From positions 64,001-128,000 of IMG/VR virus record IMGVR_UViG_3300010163_000006: a DNA stretch of 64,000 bases; one strand, written 5' to 3'. Source of the stretch: a virus. Lineage: Duplodnaviria; Caudoviricetes. This document shows positions 39,494 through 48,926 of the stretch, one piece after another. The position numbers were made by a program, and so were the translations under genes. Position 1 is the stretch's first letter; each line of letters starts with the position of its first letter. The notes beneath the pieces are model-generated. The model was not told the DNA's origin, did not search any database, and saw only the letters and a program-made list of their open reading frames with translations.

Positions 39494-40116
39494 AAAATAC
39501 CTGCTGATATTATGCTGGTAAAACGTAAGAAGATGTTAGGCAAAGCCTTCAACTTCTCGTCTACTTTGGAATTAAATATTTCTGAAATGTATAAATAATC
39601 GTCACATATGACCAAGCATACAGGAGCTTTTAAATTTTCGCAGCTCTTAATATTATCTACTGATGAAGTGAGATAAGTAAAGTTGGGATGCTCATTTAAG
39701 AATTCAATGATATTACCATGAACATACTGAATTCCGGGGAAACCATATGATCCTGTTGCTTGTTCGACAATTGGGGAATAATTGTTCGAATATATGTAAA
39801 GAGTATTTATGTTTTCATCATGGGATGCAGTAAATACTTTATATGAGTACAATAAATTGGGTTGCATCGTTAAGAAAGACGTTAACATATCATCGGGATT
39901 AATTAAAATATCAAATTCTTTTTTTAACCATTTTGAATAATCTTCGTCTTCCCGATTAATGTAGCTCAACAGCACATCCTGTACGGACATGCTGTCAAGT
40001 TTATCAGAAACACCTTGTTTCCTAAATGCTTTAGCTACATTAAATCCGATCATCGAAATTATGTCCTCATATTGTATTATAATCCCAGATTTTCCAATGT
40101 CTCTGAGATCAAACAT
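39490..40116 (-). CDS. Hypothetical protein
   Basis: 208-aa ORF overlapping the next gene (ATGA). Confidence 0.6.
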   Translation of the reverse strand: MFDLRDIGKSGIIIQYEDIISMIGFNVAKAFRKQGVSDKLDSMSVQDVLLSYINREDEDYSKWLKKEFDILINPDDMLTSFLTMQPNLLYSYKVFTASHDENINTLYIYSNNYSPIVEQATGSYGFPGIQYVHGNIIEFLNEHPNFTYLTSSVDNIKSCENLKAPVCLVICDDYLYISEIFNSKVDEKLKALPNIFLRFTSIISAGIL

Positions 40117-40124
40117 AATCAGAT

Positions 40125-40700
40125 TCAGATAGGCAGATCGTCATCGTTGCCATTGTCTGTACCTACAGCCATTGCAAACTCATCAGGATCAAGCTTGTTC
40201 GTAAGAGCCTTTCTGTATGCAATCTTCAGGTACTCACAAAGATTTATGAATGCAGCATGAACGTTCTTGTTACCCATAGCAACAGAGTCAAATGTAATTG
40301 TTCTTGAACCGTTCTTAGCAGAATCGATCGTCATCTTGATTGTACCACCCTGACCAACAACAGTGAGTTTGCTATTGTTACCCTTGTCGATCACAAATGA
40401 AAGTGAACCGTAGTCCTGAGCACTTTCAACAGTAACGAGGAACGCCTTAAGAAGATCGAGGTTCATAAAGAATCCGGGAAGTTCGCTGGGCATTCTCTGT
40501 TCGAGCATCGGTGCACCTGTAGAAGGATCTTTGCCAGCAATTGACTTGATGCGAAGGATTGCACGAGCACCTGTGGGAGGAATCCACATAGAAACCACGA
40601 GCTGACCATCCGATCCCCACAGTTTACCAATCGGGAAGTTTTCCTTCTTCTTGTCTCCGTTGTTTGAGTTGTTAAAATTGTTATTCTGATTGAAAGCCAT
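40125..40700 (-). CDS. Putative single-stranded DNA-binding protein
   Basis: AAAAGGAGG RBS; acidic C-terminal tail DNGNDDDLPI like SSB tails; in the DNA polymerase operon. Confidence 0.45.
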   Translation of the reverse strand: MAFNQNNNFNNSNNGDKKKENFPIGKLWGSDGQLVVSMWIPPTGARAILRIKSIAGKDPSTGAPMLEQRMPSELPGFFMNLDLLKAFLVTVESAQDYGSLSFVIDKGNNSKLTVVGQGGTIKMTIDSAKNGSRTITFDSVAMGNKNVHAAFINLCEYLKIAYRKALTNKLDPDEFAMAVGTDNGNDDDLPI

Positions 40701-40757
40701 AACAATTTCCTCCTTTTCAATAATAGTAAAATTTAGTTCCAATATAGGAACTTTATA

Positions 40758-41315
40758 TTATGATTCATCTTCGTCCAGTTGGGCGAAGTAATCATCCCTG
40801 ATTGCTGTTACGGTGAAACTCAAGTTCGTAACATCGTTTTCATGAAGACCCAATACTGTCACAAATGGATTGTCTTCGTCGTCATCCTCAACGAGATATG
40901 TGTTAAACAAATCTTTCTCAAGAATTTCATCAAGAGAATTTGATTTTAACATCTCTACCAGTTGACCGATTGTGTACAGCTGTTGCTCAAGTTCATCAAA
41001 GTTACTGATATCTTCCGTTTCAATATTCAATTTTCTTTTAATTGAATTGATGTTTGATACCAGTTCGCCAAGAACATATGACGCAACAAACTTTTTCAGA
41101 TCATTTTTACTTGGCATATCTTCACCAAGGAAATGTCCATATTCCTCGATACAATCCAATGCATCTTCCAGATTGTCAAGAATACGAGAAACCGTATTAT
41201 TCCATCTGGTAGGATCAATGAAAACAGTATCACCTATTATGACATCGATGTCCTCAACAAAGTCATATGATACACCAGCGAACTGTTCGAAGAAATTATA
41301 TATTTCTGGCCACAT
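40758..41315 (-). CDS. Acidic hypothetical protein
   Basis: AAAGGAGGTG RBS; 185 aa. Confidence 0.6.
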   Translation of the reverse strand: MWPEIYNFFEQFAGVSYDFVEDIDVIIGDTVFIDPTRWNNTVSRILDNLEDALDCIEEYGHFLGEDMPSKNDLKKFVASYVLGELVSNINSIKRKLNIETEDISNFDELEQQLYTIGQLVEMLKSNSLDEILEKDLFNTYLVEDDDEDNPFVTVLGLHENDVTNLSFTVTAIRDDYFAQLDEDES

Positions 41316-41347
41316 GATCTATATCACCTCCTTTCATGTTGAGTTAA

Positions 41348-43276
41348 TTATGGGAATACCATTCTCGAAGGTCTGAAGCCTCCGGGAACATCCGCAACAT
41401 ACACATCAAATGCATTAAACAATTGACGGAATGGTATCAGCAATTTATCAGCCGCATAATCGATATCGATTACCGGACGAATCCATTCTGGTATATCATG
41501 ATAATGTTCAGGTATACATATATAAGGATCCGTTTTCTCATCCGCATTATCAACTAATGACAACCTCAGTATCTCTGATGTTTTGGAGAAATCATTTGCA
41601 TGTTGCTTTAATAGATCAAATGATAACGGAATTACCCTTACACGGTCCATTGGAAGCATTTCTTCATCATGCATTATATTATTCCAAACAATCGCACCAC
41701 GCATCTGTGCTGGTAATACTTTTGTGGGATCATATGCACTGATGTCCTTGATAGACAAAACCTTGTAATATGAAGGATCCGAACCTATCTCATTGATAAG
41801 TCGATTCCTCAGATTGTTGTATTCATCTAATACACCCGAAATGGATATCTGATCAGCTGTTAGTATATATTTATCGTATATATCGATCATTATCGGTTCA
41901 AGGAATTCTGCCGAATCTCGTTTCTTAAATGACAAACCTGATACGGCAATATCATGTGGGTTACGAGGTTTTCCTTCCTGAACGAACATAGATGAAGCAT
42001 ACATCTTCTTCGCAATAAGAGCCATTGATAAGAATGCGAACTCATTCTTGAACACGAACTTCGATCTATAGTATTCATCATTTATATTACAATACATAGC
42101 AATGTAACCTACCATTGTCGGTATGATATGTTCAATAAATAAACGCATACCAAAAGCAGATGCAACAAGACATGATGACAGGAATGATCCAACATATGAT
42201 TGGAAGTCATTTATATAACTTGCGAACTGAACCATGAGTGAATCTGTATCTGTAACACATACAATGACTCTTTCCATATTAGCCGCTCTGATTTCACAAT
42301 CATTCGGTATAAAAGGATAAACACAATTGTCAACAATAACCTTGCTGACATACTCTATCAATGATACTATCTCCTCGGGTGCTTTAACACCGTAACCCCA
42401 TCTATGAAGAGTCTCTTCTGATATATCATTGATATCGAATTGATTCTCCTTGAGATAATCCGATATTGTCTTTATCTCATTTACGAGATATTTTCTCATG
42501 ATAAGTCTCGGATTAAACGCCAACATGAGCTTCGTCAATTCCTCATTTGACAATGTGGACAAATACATTTGAAGAGTTTCTATATCTCTTCCTGTGATGT
42601 TGTTTGTCCTTGATAATAACCATTTGAGGACATCATTCACACGATAAGTATCGTTAATCAATACCCTATCTTCACGAGTATCCTCAAGTACGATAAAGAT
42701 CATGTCAAACAATTCATTCACGTTATTTAACTTCGCCCATTGGTTGTTATTCCCGGAAATGAACTCCAAACAGCAGATTAAGCTCGTCGTTATATTCTTT
42801 GCACTTCCGGTGGTAGCCGGGGGAATATAACACGAAAAGAATGGTGACAGTCGGGTGCCAGACCCACCGTAGTCAGCATTCATAATGACCTTAATAGACA
42901 TCTGGGCAACATTTGCATTCGTGTATTGGATCGTACCTTTCCCATATGTGTACATTTCCTTCTTTTTCTTTTTACGGTCTTTTTGTAATTTTTCCAACAT
43001 TTTAACAGTAGGAGCCAAATACTCCTCATGTTGTTTGAAAAACGTACCGTTACCTGAGATGATGGGATTGCGTTGCCCTATCCAGTCAAACACATCGATC
43101 ATTGATGTGTTTTTCAATTCCTGTGTGATGTTATTATGCATCGTACACGGAATGTTACGAATTCTTTCATTCGTAAGTTCATCGATGAGTGATCGTACTA
43201 AATTCAGATTAGCATTAGGATGTGTTTTCATATACATCTCAACAATCTGATTCTGATATCTTTCTACGACATTCAT
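41348..43276 (-). CDS. Family-B DNA polymerase, polymerase-domain subunit
   Basis: Motif B QMSIKVIMNADYG, motif C VTDTDSL, KKMYA, VSGLSFKK; no exonuclease motifs seen. Confidence 0.85.
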   Translation of the reverse strand: MNVVERYQNQIVEMYMKTHPNANLNLVRSLIDELTNERIRNIPCTMHNNITQELKNTSMIDVFDWIGQRNPIISGNGTFFKQHEEYLAPTVKMLEKLQKDRKKKKKEMYTYGKGTIQYTNANVAQMSIKVIMNADYGGSGTRLSPFFSCYIPPATTGSAKNITTSLICCLEFISGNNNQWAKLNNVNELFDMIFIVLEDTREDRVLINDTYRVNDVLKWLLSRTNNITGRDIETLQMYLSTLSNEELTKLMLAFNPRLIMRKYLVNEIKTISDYLKENQFDINDISEETLHRWGYGVKAPEEIVSLIEYVSKVIVDNCVYPFIPNDCEIRAANMERVIVCVTDTDSLMVQFASYINDFQSYVGSFLSSCLVASAFGMRLFIEHIIPTMVGYIAMYCNINDEYYRSKFVFKNEFAFLSMALIAKKMYASSMFVQEGKPRNPHDIAVSGLSFKKRDSAEFLEPIMIDIYDKYILTADQISISGVLDEYNNLRNRLINEIGSDPSYYKVLSIKDISAYDPTKVLPAQMRGAIVWNNIMHDEEMLPMDRVRVIPLSFDLLKQHANDFSKTSEILRLSLVDNADEKTDPYICIPEHYHDIPEWIRPVIDIDYAADKLLIPFRQLFNAFDVYVADVPGGFRPSRMVFP

Positions 43277-43313
43277 CAGTTACCACTACCTTTCTTATGA
43301 TGGAGGGAAATTC

Positions 43314-43463
43314 ATGAATGATTATAATGAACTTGAGAATCGTCCAACAATCAACGGAGTTGAACTTACCTCCGACATGGATCTTTCTGACATAGGAATA
43401 CTCGAAATGACTGCCGAAATGGTTGATGAGATATTTCTCGAAACTTTCGGATATCTATTGTAG
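43314..43463 (+). CDS. Small 49-aa acidic protein absent from the ORF track
   Basis: GGAGGG RBS; MNDYNELENRPTINGVELTSDMDLSDIGILEMTAEMVDEIFLETFGYLL. Confidence 0.55.
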   Translation: MNDYNELENRPTINGVELTSDMDLSDIGILEMTAEMVDEIFLETFGYLL

Positions 43464-43560
43464 AGTATGACTAATCAGTAGATTTCGGACTATTATGTCC
43501 GTGATCAATAAAATGATATATTTATATCAAAAAGAATATTTGAAAAGGAGTTCTGATTAT

Positions 43561-46170
43561 ATGCTTGATTATATTAGACGGCAACTTCAGCCTCAGAAAT
43601 CACAACCTACCAGTATTAAACCTGAAGATGTGCCCGATGAAGCAATACTTGAATATGCACAACTGTTTCAGGAGCTTGATGATCTTTCTGTTGAAGGTAC
43701 TGATGCTGGTAAAGAGAGATCTCTGGGAATTGATATTCCGCTGGAAGATGATCTTGAAATTGAAACAGTGGAATTCAATCTTAATGACGGAAGAATCAGT
43801 GATGTCCCCGGCGATGCAACTGTTGTTGAAGGGTACGAACATGTTAAATCATACGATTCTTTCTATGAGGAAGCTGTTGAAATGGTACACAGATTCACGA
43901 GGGAATCTGACTCATCTTACGATAAACGTGTCAGACAAGTCGCTGACAAAATGTATGCAGAATACTGTGATGAATCCACTGAGCTCGGTTTGAACGGCTT
44001 CGGTGAAATCAATATCTCAAATGATAAGATTCCTTCAAAGGCAAACATAAACTTTGGTCCTTATATGGAAAACGGTGATACTGCTTTCATCGGAAGACTC
44101 CAAGTTTTCTTTGCAACAGATGGGGATCACAACATCACAAAGAAACAGCTTGATTCATTCAAACTTGTTCAGGAAGGAGCATTTACGAACATTGGTCCTT
44201 CTCTCAAGGCATACATGGAAAGCAATTACGACGTTCCTGAAGGATCGAACGTATGGGATCTTGTATCTCCACAGAGGCTATTTGTTCCCCGTGGAAATGG
44301 TGATTCTTTCTGCGTTGTTCTCGAATACGCTAATGAGCTTACTGGCAAGAAAGAATACTTCGGCTGGACACGTCCGACAAATAAATCCGACGACAGCGGC
44401 AGCATAGAAAACTGTGAAAAAATAAATATGGAATCATTTGTTAATGCTGACAGGTATGAGAACCATGCTACATTCATTCAGGAAAGTGAATCTATCGCAA
44501 GAAGAGAAAGACTCTCGAGAAGACCCTTGTCCCGTTTCGTCCAGGAGGCAATCGATTTCGGCGGTGGTGACGATGGTGGTGATTCTACTGATGTTGGTTC
44601 TGGTGATGTTGGAAACGATATGCCTCCGACCGACGATAATGCTGCTGATAACACTGGTGGTTCAGATACTGACGTTAATACTGACAATGATACGAGTAAT
44701 TATACTGAAAACAATGAAGGCGGGGATGAAGACAAGGAAACTGCCGCTGTTAATAATGTATCAGATGCAATTGCAGAAAAGGTAGCTAACCAGACCCAGG
44801 CTGACGCGGTTGATTCGGGTGATGGCGATACTAACGTAACATTTGATGATGATACATCAGATGATTCAAGTAATGGTGCTGATAACGAACCGTCTGTAGA
44901 TGATCAGCTCGATGATCTTGATAGTTCACTTGGTGGCGGTTATGGTACCGATAGCGATGCTGATGTTGATGCTTCTGAAAATACCGAAGGTGATGAAATG
45001 TCGGATGGTGAGGATGGAGAGATCGATATCAACAATATGACTATCGATGATCTCATCGAGCAGGGTTCGGAGAAGTTGAAGGGTATGACAATCGAACAGA
45101 TCAAGAACTTCATATCATCAAACAATCCTGATGCTGTTCAGGAAGCGTTCATTCTTACTCCCAAGAATATCAATAAAGAAATTGATGTTTCTCTCAGGAA
45201 ATGTTTGGGAACTTTGAATGACAACAAGATGAACATTGATAAACTGATCTCAAAGTTCAAACTCAATGGACGTCATCTCAACAGAGTTCTTTCTAAGGCT
45301 GCTAAAATGCCAAAAGCATTCAGCACCGATGAAATCGAGTCCATCAAGAAACTCAACCAGAGTCTCGTTAACCTCATGATGTCTCTCAAGAAGTCAAAGG
45401 ATCAGAGTCAGGTTTCAACAATAAAAACAAACATTGCTGCATTTACTTCTGCAAGCAAGGTTGTTGCAAAGATTGTTGAAACAAAACTTGCTAACCCGAA
45501 GGTCAAGGTTCAACAGGAAGCATTCCTTCTCAATAATATCAAGGACAAGATTACAAATGCCCTTATCCCCGTAAAGAGTAATATGGAGGAACTCAAAAAG
45601 ATATATGATGAAGGAAACCTTACACGAGGTAGAATCATAAAAAGATATTCTGCAAAATCAACAAATGCATACATTAACTTCGGTACTTCTGCAAAGAGTG
45701 CAAATATGCCCGGTACCGATCACGGATACTCCGGTTATGCTAAATACGCCATTAATATCGACACAGCTCTTAAGCTTCTCAACAAAGCCATTCGAAAGAA
45801 AGGTGTTGATGACATGGAGCTCATAACAAAATTGGCGGATAAGCTTGATCTTATTTCGGACTATATCGAAACGGTCATTGATGATCATGTTGAAAACAAG
45901 GAAATCATCAAACGTATAGGAATTCTTTCCGGTGAAATCATTGATACCATTAATGAATTCATCAATACCGGAGATGAGGCAGCTGCTACCACTATGAACA
46001 ATGAACCGACTCCGGATACTCCGTCGGTACCGGAAGATACCGAAACAACTGAAGTATCCGATACTGATATCCCGGATTTCGATGATGACGATACAGATAC
46101 ATCTGATGATAAGTCTGATGAAGCATCATCGGATGATGATACAGATGATACAAAGGAAGGTGAAGAATAA
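43561..46170 (+). CDS. Large acidic probable internal head protein
   Basis: AAAAGGAG RBS before ATG 43561; long D/G/T-rich disordered tract; LVQEG, FIQES, FVQEA, AVQEA, VQQEA motifs. Confidence 0.55.
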   Translation: MLDYIRRQLQPQKSQPTSIKPEDVPDEAILEYAQLFQELDDLSVEGTDAGKERSLGIDIPLEDDLEIETVEFNLNDGRISDVPGDATVVEGYEHVKSYDSFYEEAVEMVHRFTRESDSSYDKRVRQVADKMYAEYCDESTELGLNGFGEINISNDKIPSKANINFGPYMENGDTAFIGRLQVFFATDGDHNITKKQLDSFKLVQEGAFTNIGPSLKAYMESNYDVPEGSNVWDLVSPQRLFVPRGNGDSFCVVLEYANELTGKKEYFGWTRPTNKSDDSGSIENCEKINMESFVNADRYENHATFIQESESIARRERLSRRPLSRFVQEAIDFGGGDDGGDSTDVGSGDVGNDMPPTDDNAADNTGGSDTDVNTDNDTSNYTENNEGGDEDKETAAVNNVSDAIAEKVANQTQADAVDSGDGDTNVTFDDDTSDDSSNGADNEPSVDDQLDDLDSSLGGGYGTDSDADVDASENTEGDEMSDGEDGEIDINNMTIDDLIEQGSEKLKGMTIEQIKNFISSNNPDAVQEAFILTPKNINKEIDVSLRKCLGTLNDNKMNIDKLISKFKLNGRHLNRVLSKAAKMPKAFSTDEIESIKKLNQSLVNLMMSLKKSKDQSQVSTIKTNIAAFTSASKVVAKIVETKLANPKVKVQQEAFLLNNIKDKITNALIPVKSNMEELKKIYDEGNLTRGRIIKRYSAKSTNAYINFGTSAKSANMPGTDHGYSGYAKYAINIDTALKLLNKAIRKKGVDDMELITKLADKLDLISDYIETVIDDHVENKEIIKRIGILSGEIIDTINEFINTGDEAAATTMNNEPTPDTPSVPEDTETTEVSDTDIPDFDDDDTDTSDDKSDEASSDDDTDDTKEGEE

Positions 46171-46961
46171 TGCCAAACGATGTTAAATCATTACTCGATT
46201 CGATTATCGATGATACTGACAACTCATATCCCAAGGGTAAAGGTGGTCATACATCCATCGGTCCCGTTGGTTCACATAGCCATCCGCAGACATTCGATTC
46301 GGGTAAGTTCCGCGAGAAGCTGAGCCTTTATGTTCTTCATGATCTCGTTGTTGCAATGATGCATGATGAGACTAAAGATCTGGATGATATGATCGATCAT
46401 TCTATAATGAGACATATAAATCAAGAGTATAACGGCTCTTGTTATGGATACCTGTGTGGTGCACGTGATCGTCTGAAGTCGCCCCTGTTCAGCGACATTA
46501 TCCAAGAGATTGATGATAAGACCGATAAGGTTAAAGACGAAATCAAGGAAACGAAGGATGATGAAGAGGCGCTTAACGGCGAGATTAATATCCAGGACAT
46601 CTTGAAAAATGTTACCGACTATGAAGAGTTCAGAGATAAGCTCAAGGAAGTTGTTTCGAACAAGGTTGTTGATGATGTTGCGGGAGTAATCACAAAGAGA
46701 AATGATGCTCCTACATTTGATGACCTTGACGAAGTAATGGTAAAAAAAGATGCCGATAAGGTCAAGGAAGAAGATACTACACAGGAATCCGTTATATTAA
46801 GACTCTGTGGCGCCATCGTAACAGAATCGGCTATTAACAATGAACCAATTTCTACCGAACAGGGTTTAAATATGGCAATCGTTGAATATTGTCTGAACCA
46901 GATGGATTTCTTATGTAAGGCAATACCAAAAAAATCGATGTACGACAGGTACCGTATCTGA
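46170..46961 (+). CDS. Probable virion protein
   Basis: Coupled to the previous gene (TAATG); acidic; TTQES motif. Confidence 0.5.
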   Translation: MPNDVKSLLDSIIDDTDNSYPKGKGGHTSIGPVGSHSHPQTFDSGKFREKLSLYVLHDLVVAMMHDETKDLDDMIDHSIMRHINQEYNGSCYGYLCGARDRLKSPLFSDIIQEIDDKTDKVKDEIKETKDDEEALNGEINIQDILKNVTDYEEFRDKLKEVVSNKVVDDVAGVITKRNDAPTFDDLDEVMVKKDADKVKEEDTTQESVILRLCGAIVTESAINNEPISTEQGLNMAIVEYCLNQMDFLCKAIPKKSMYDRYRI

Positions 46962-47008
46962 TTAAAGAAGAAAAATATAATTGTCGGGGGCGCGAGGCCC
47001 CCGATATA

Positions 47009-47404
47009 CTAACTTTCTTTTGTTTCTTTGTCGGATTGTTTATTTGCTGTAGATTCGATTACTTTGTCAAGCTTCGAATCTATTGTCGACAGGTTGAGCT
47101 TGTTGATTCGATCTGTCAACTCATTAACTCGATACATCAGCGCGGCTGTTGTTTCATCCGTGAGCTGCTTAGCTCTTTTGTACTCTCGTTTCCAGATATA
47201 TGATTCAAGAGCACTGACACCCGTACCAAGCAGTGTTAACACCTCTAAGCTTGTGAGCTCAATTCGCTGCATCTTCAATGCCTTTTGTATTGCTGAAATC
47301 TTGCGGTACGTCATCATATGAGCACTGGCTCCAAGCGCCGATGTGGCAAGCGTGTAAATACCCACAATAGTAACATCAATCATTGTTATCTTCAACCTCC
47401 TCAA
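47009..47404 (-). CDS. Hypothetical membrane/coiled-coil protein
   Basis: Hydrophobic segments; true start probably the MIDV ATG after GAGGT. Confidence 0.5.
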   Translation of the reverse strand: MRRLKITMIDVTIVGIYTLATSALGASAHMMTYRKISAIQKALKMQRIELTSLEVLTLLGTGVSALESYIWKREYKRAKQLTDETTAALMYRVNELTDRINKLNLSTIDSKLDKVIESTANKQSDKETKES

Positions 47405-47717
47405 AGTTGTTAAACAAGTCCCCGCCTGTCTTCACCGACGGTTCCTCAGGAATTTTCTCCGGCAGGTCTGTGATGTACTTATGCATCTCTTCCAGCTGCA
47501 TCGACAGGTCTTTGACCGACTTATCATATACGCTTCTAATGGACGACGTGTGCTTTTTAGCGACGAGTACCGATGCAGCCAATGTCGCAACAATACCACC
47601 GCCACCAATGACGGCGTTACGCTTTGCTTTTCTTTTGTACTCTTCCGCTTTCTTCGCGTTCTCGTTTGCGTGGATAACATTTGACGCGGTTTTTTTCATT
47701 TTTTCCCATGTAGTCAT
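47376..47717 (-). CDS. Hypothetical membrane protein
   Basis: AGGAGGT RBS; one TM segment; promoter motif at 47769-47783. Confidence 0.6.
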   Translation of the reverse strand: MTTWEKMKKTASNVIHANENAKKAEEYKRKAKRNAVIGGGGIVATLAASVLVAKKHTSSIRSVYDKSVKDLSMQLEEMHKYITDLPEKIPEEPSVKTGGDLFNNFEEVEDNND

Positions 47718-47768
47718 AGATATGACCTCCTATAAATAATTCAAAGAGTCAATTCCCTTTGTTCATAA

Positions 47769-47783
47769 AAATAATATATATTT
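47769..47783 (-). promoter_or_regulatory. Phage promoter motif AAATATATATTATTT
   Basis: Exact motif copy about 50 nt upstream of ATG 47717. Confidence 0.65.
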
Positions 47784-47837
47784 CTTTTAAAATAATATTA
47801 GATATATATTTTATTAGTGTGAAAGGAGGAATGGTAT

Positions 47838-48440
47838 ATGGGAAATATATCATTGGAAGATGCCAAAGCAATGGTATCCGATGAATCAATTACAAAGCTC
47901 AAGAGTATGGTAGACCCAAGACCGATCATCAATACTGATGCGAAAGTCAACAATGATATTATCATGGCTGCGTTATGTGATGCAGTGACAAAGGGCGTCA
48001 TAAAGATGACATCATTGAATGACCGTCTCGTAAAACTACTTAACTCTGGAACGAACACTTTGTCTGCTGTTAAGGTTGGGAATATATTAACGCATTTACG
48101 ACAGTACCAACCAAACATGTGTTGTGTGGTATCGCTTAAAACAGCAGACATGACCAATGTCGTATCCGAGTGGGTTTTTACAGGACCTACGGTGTACTTC
48201 AATAAGATATTCGAATTCGTCATTGAGTATTTTAAGATTACACCAACGCTCATCAGAAGCAAAATGACGGAGTTTCTCAAGACAACTATTGTGAACAATG
48301 TTGCTCAGCTGGTTGCGAAGTACAATAGCCTTGAGAATGAGGAAGAGAAAAAGAAATTGACGATATCAATATCGACAGTAACCAGACTGGTTAACATGTC
48401 AGGGCATATTCTGTTAGCGGAATTCAAAGAGATTGTATAA
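47838..48440 (+). CDS. Hypothetical protein
   Basis: AAAGGAGG RBS; 200 aa; terminator hairpin 48445-48465. Confidence 0.65.
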   Translation: MGNISLEDAKAMVSDESITKLKSMVDPRPIINTDAKVNNDIIMAALCDAVTKGVIKMTSLNDRLVKLLNSGTNTLSAVKVGNILTHLRQYQPNMCCVVSLKTADMTNVVSEWVFTGPTVYFNKIFEFVIEYFKITPTLIRSKMTEFLKTTIVNNVAQLVAKYNSLENEEEKKKLTISISTVTRLVNMSGHILLAEFKEIV

Positions 48441-48473
48441 TAAGCGCGGGGGATAATCCCCCGCGATATTTTT

Positions 48474-48743
48474 TTACTTCCTGGCTTCGATAAGTATTTT
48501 ACGTAGCTTTTCAACGAATTCGTTGAGTTGATGAATCTCATACTTCGTCAAATCCGTTAACTGTTCCGATGTTAATTCAACACCGGTATGTTCTTTGATG
48601 GTCCTGAATAACAGTTCTACCCTGAAAGGTATCGGATCCTTAGCAGGATTGTAGATCACTGGGTTGTATTCTTCGAGTCGATTAGTTATATCACTAAGAC
48701 ACACGAACCTATCAAAGTTAGCTCTCTTGAACATCTTTATCAC
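48474..48743 (-). CDS. Hypothetical protein
   Basis: 89-aa ORF convergent on the same hairpin. Confidence 0.45.
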   Translation of the reverse strand: MIKMFKRANFDRFVCLSDITNRLEEYNPVIYNPAKDPIPFRVELLFRTIKEHTGVELTSEQLTDLTKYEIHQLNEFVEKLRKILIEARK

Positions 48744-48926
48744 CTACTTGGACTGATTTGTAATTGTCAACATCTGATTCATCTTCAGATTTCTTTCGAC
48801 AATCACAAGATTCACCAGGGTCTAAATTTGCCTTGCAATAAGGACATGTCCAATAATATGTTTCACTCATTTAATCACCTCTTTCTTGATAGTTGATAAA
48901 TCTTACAAAAAAAAGGAGAATGTACC

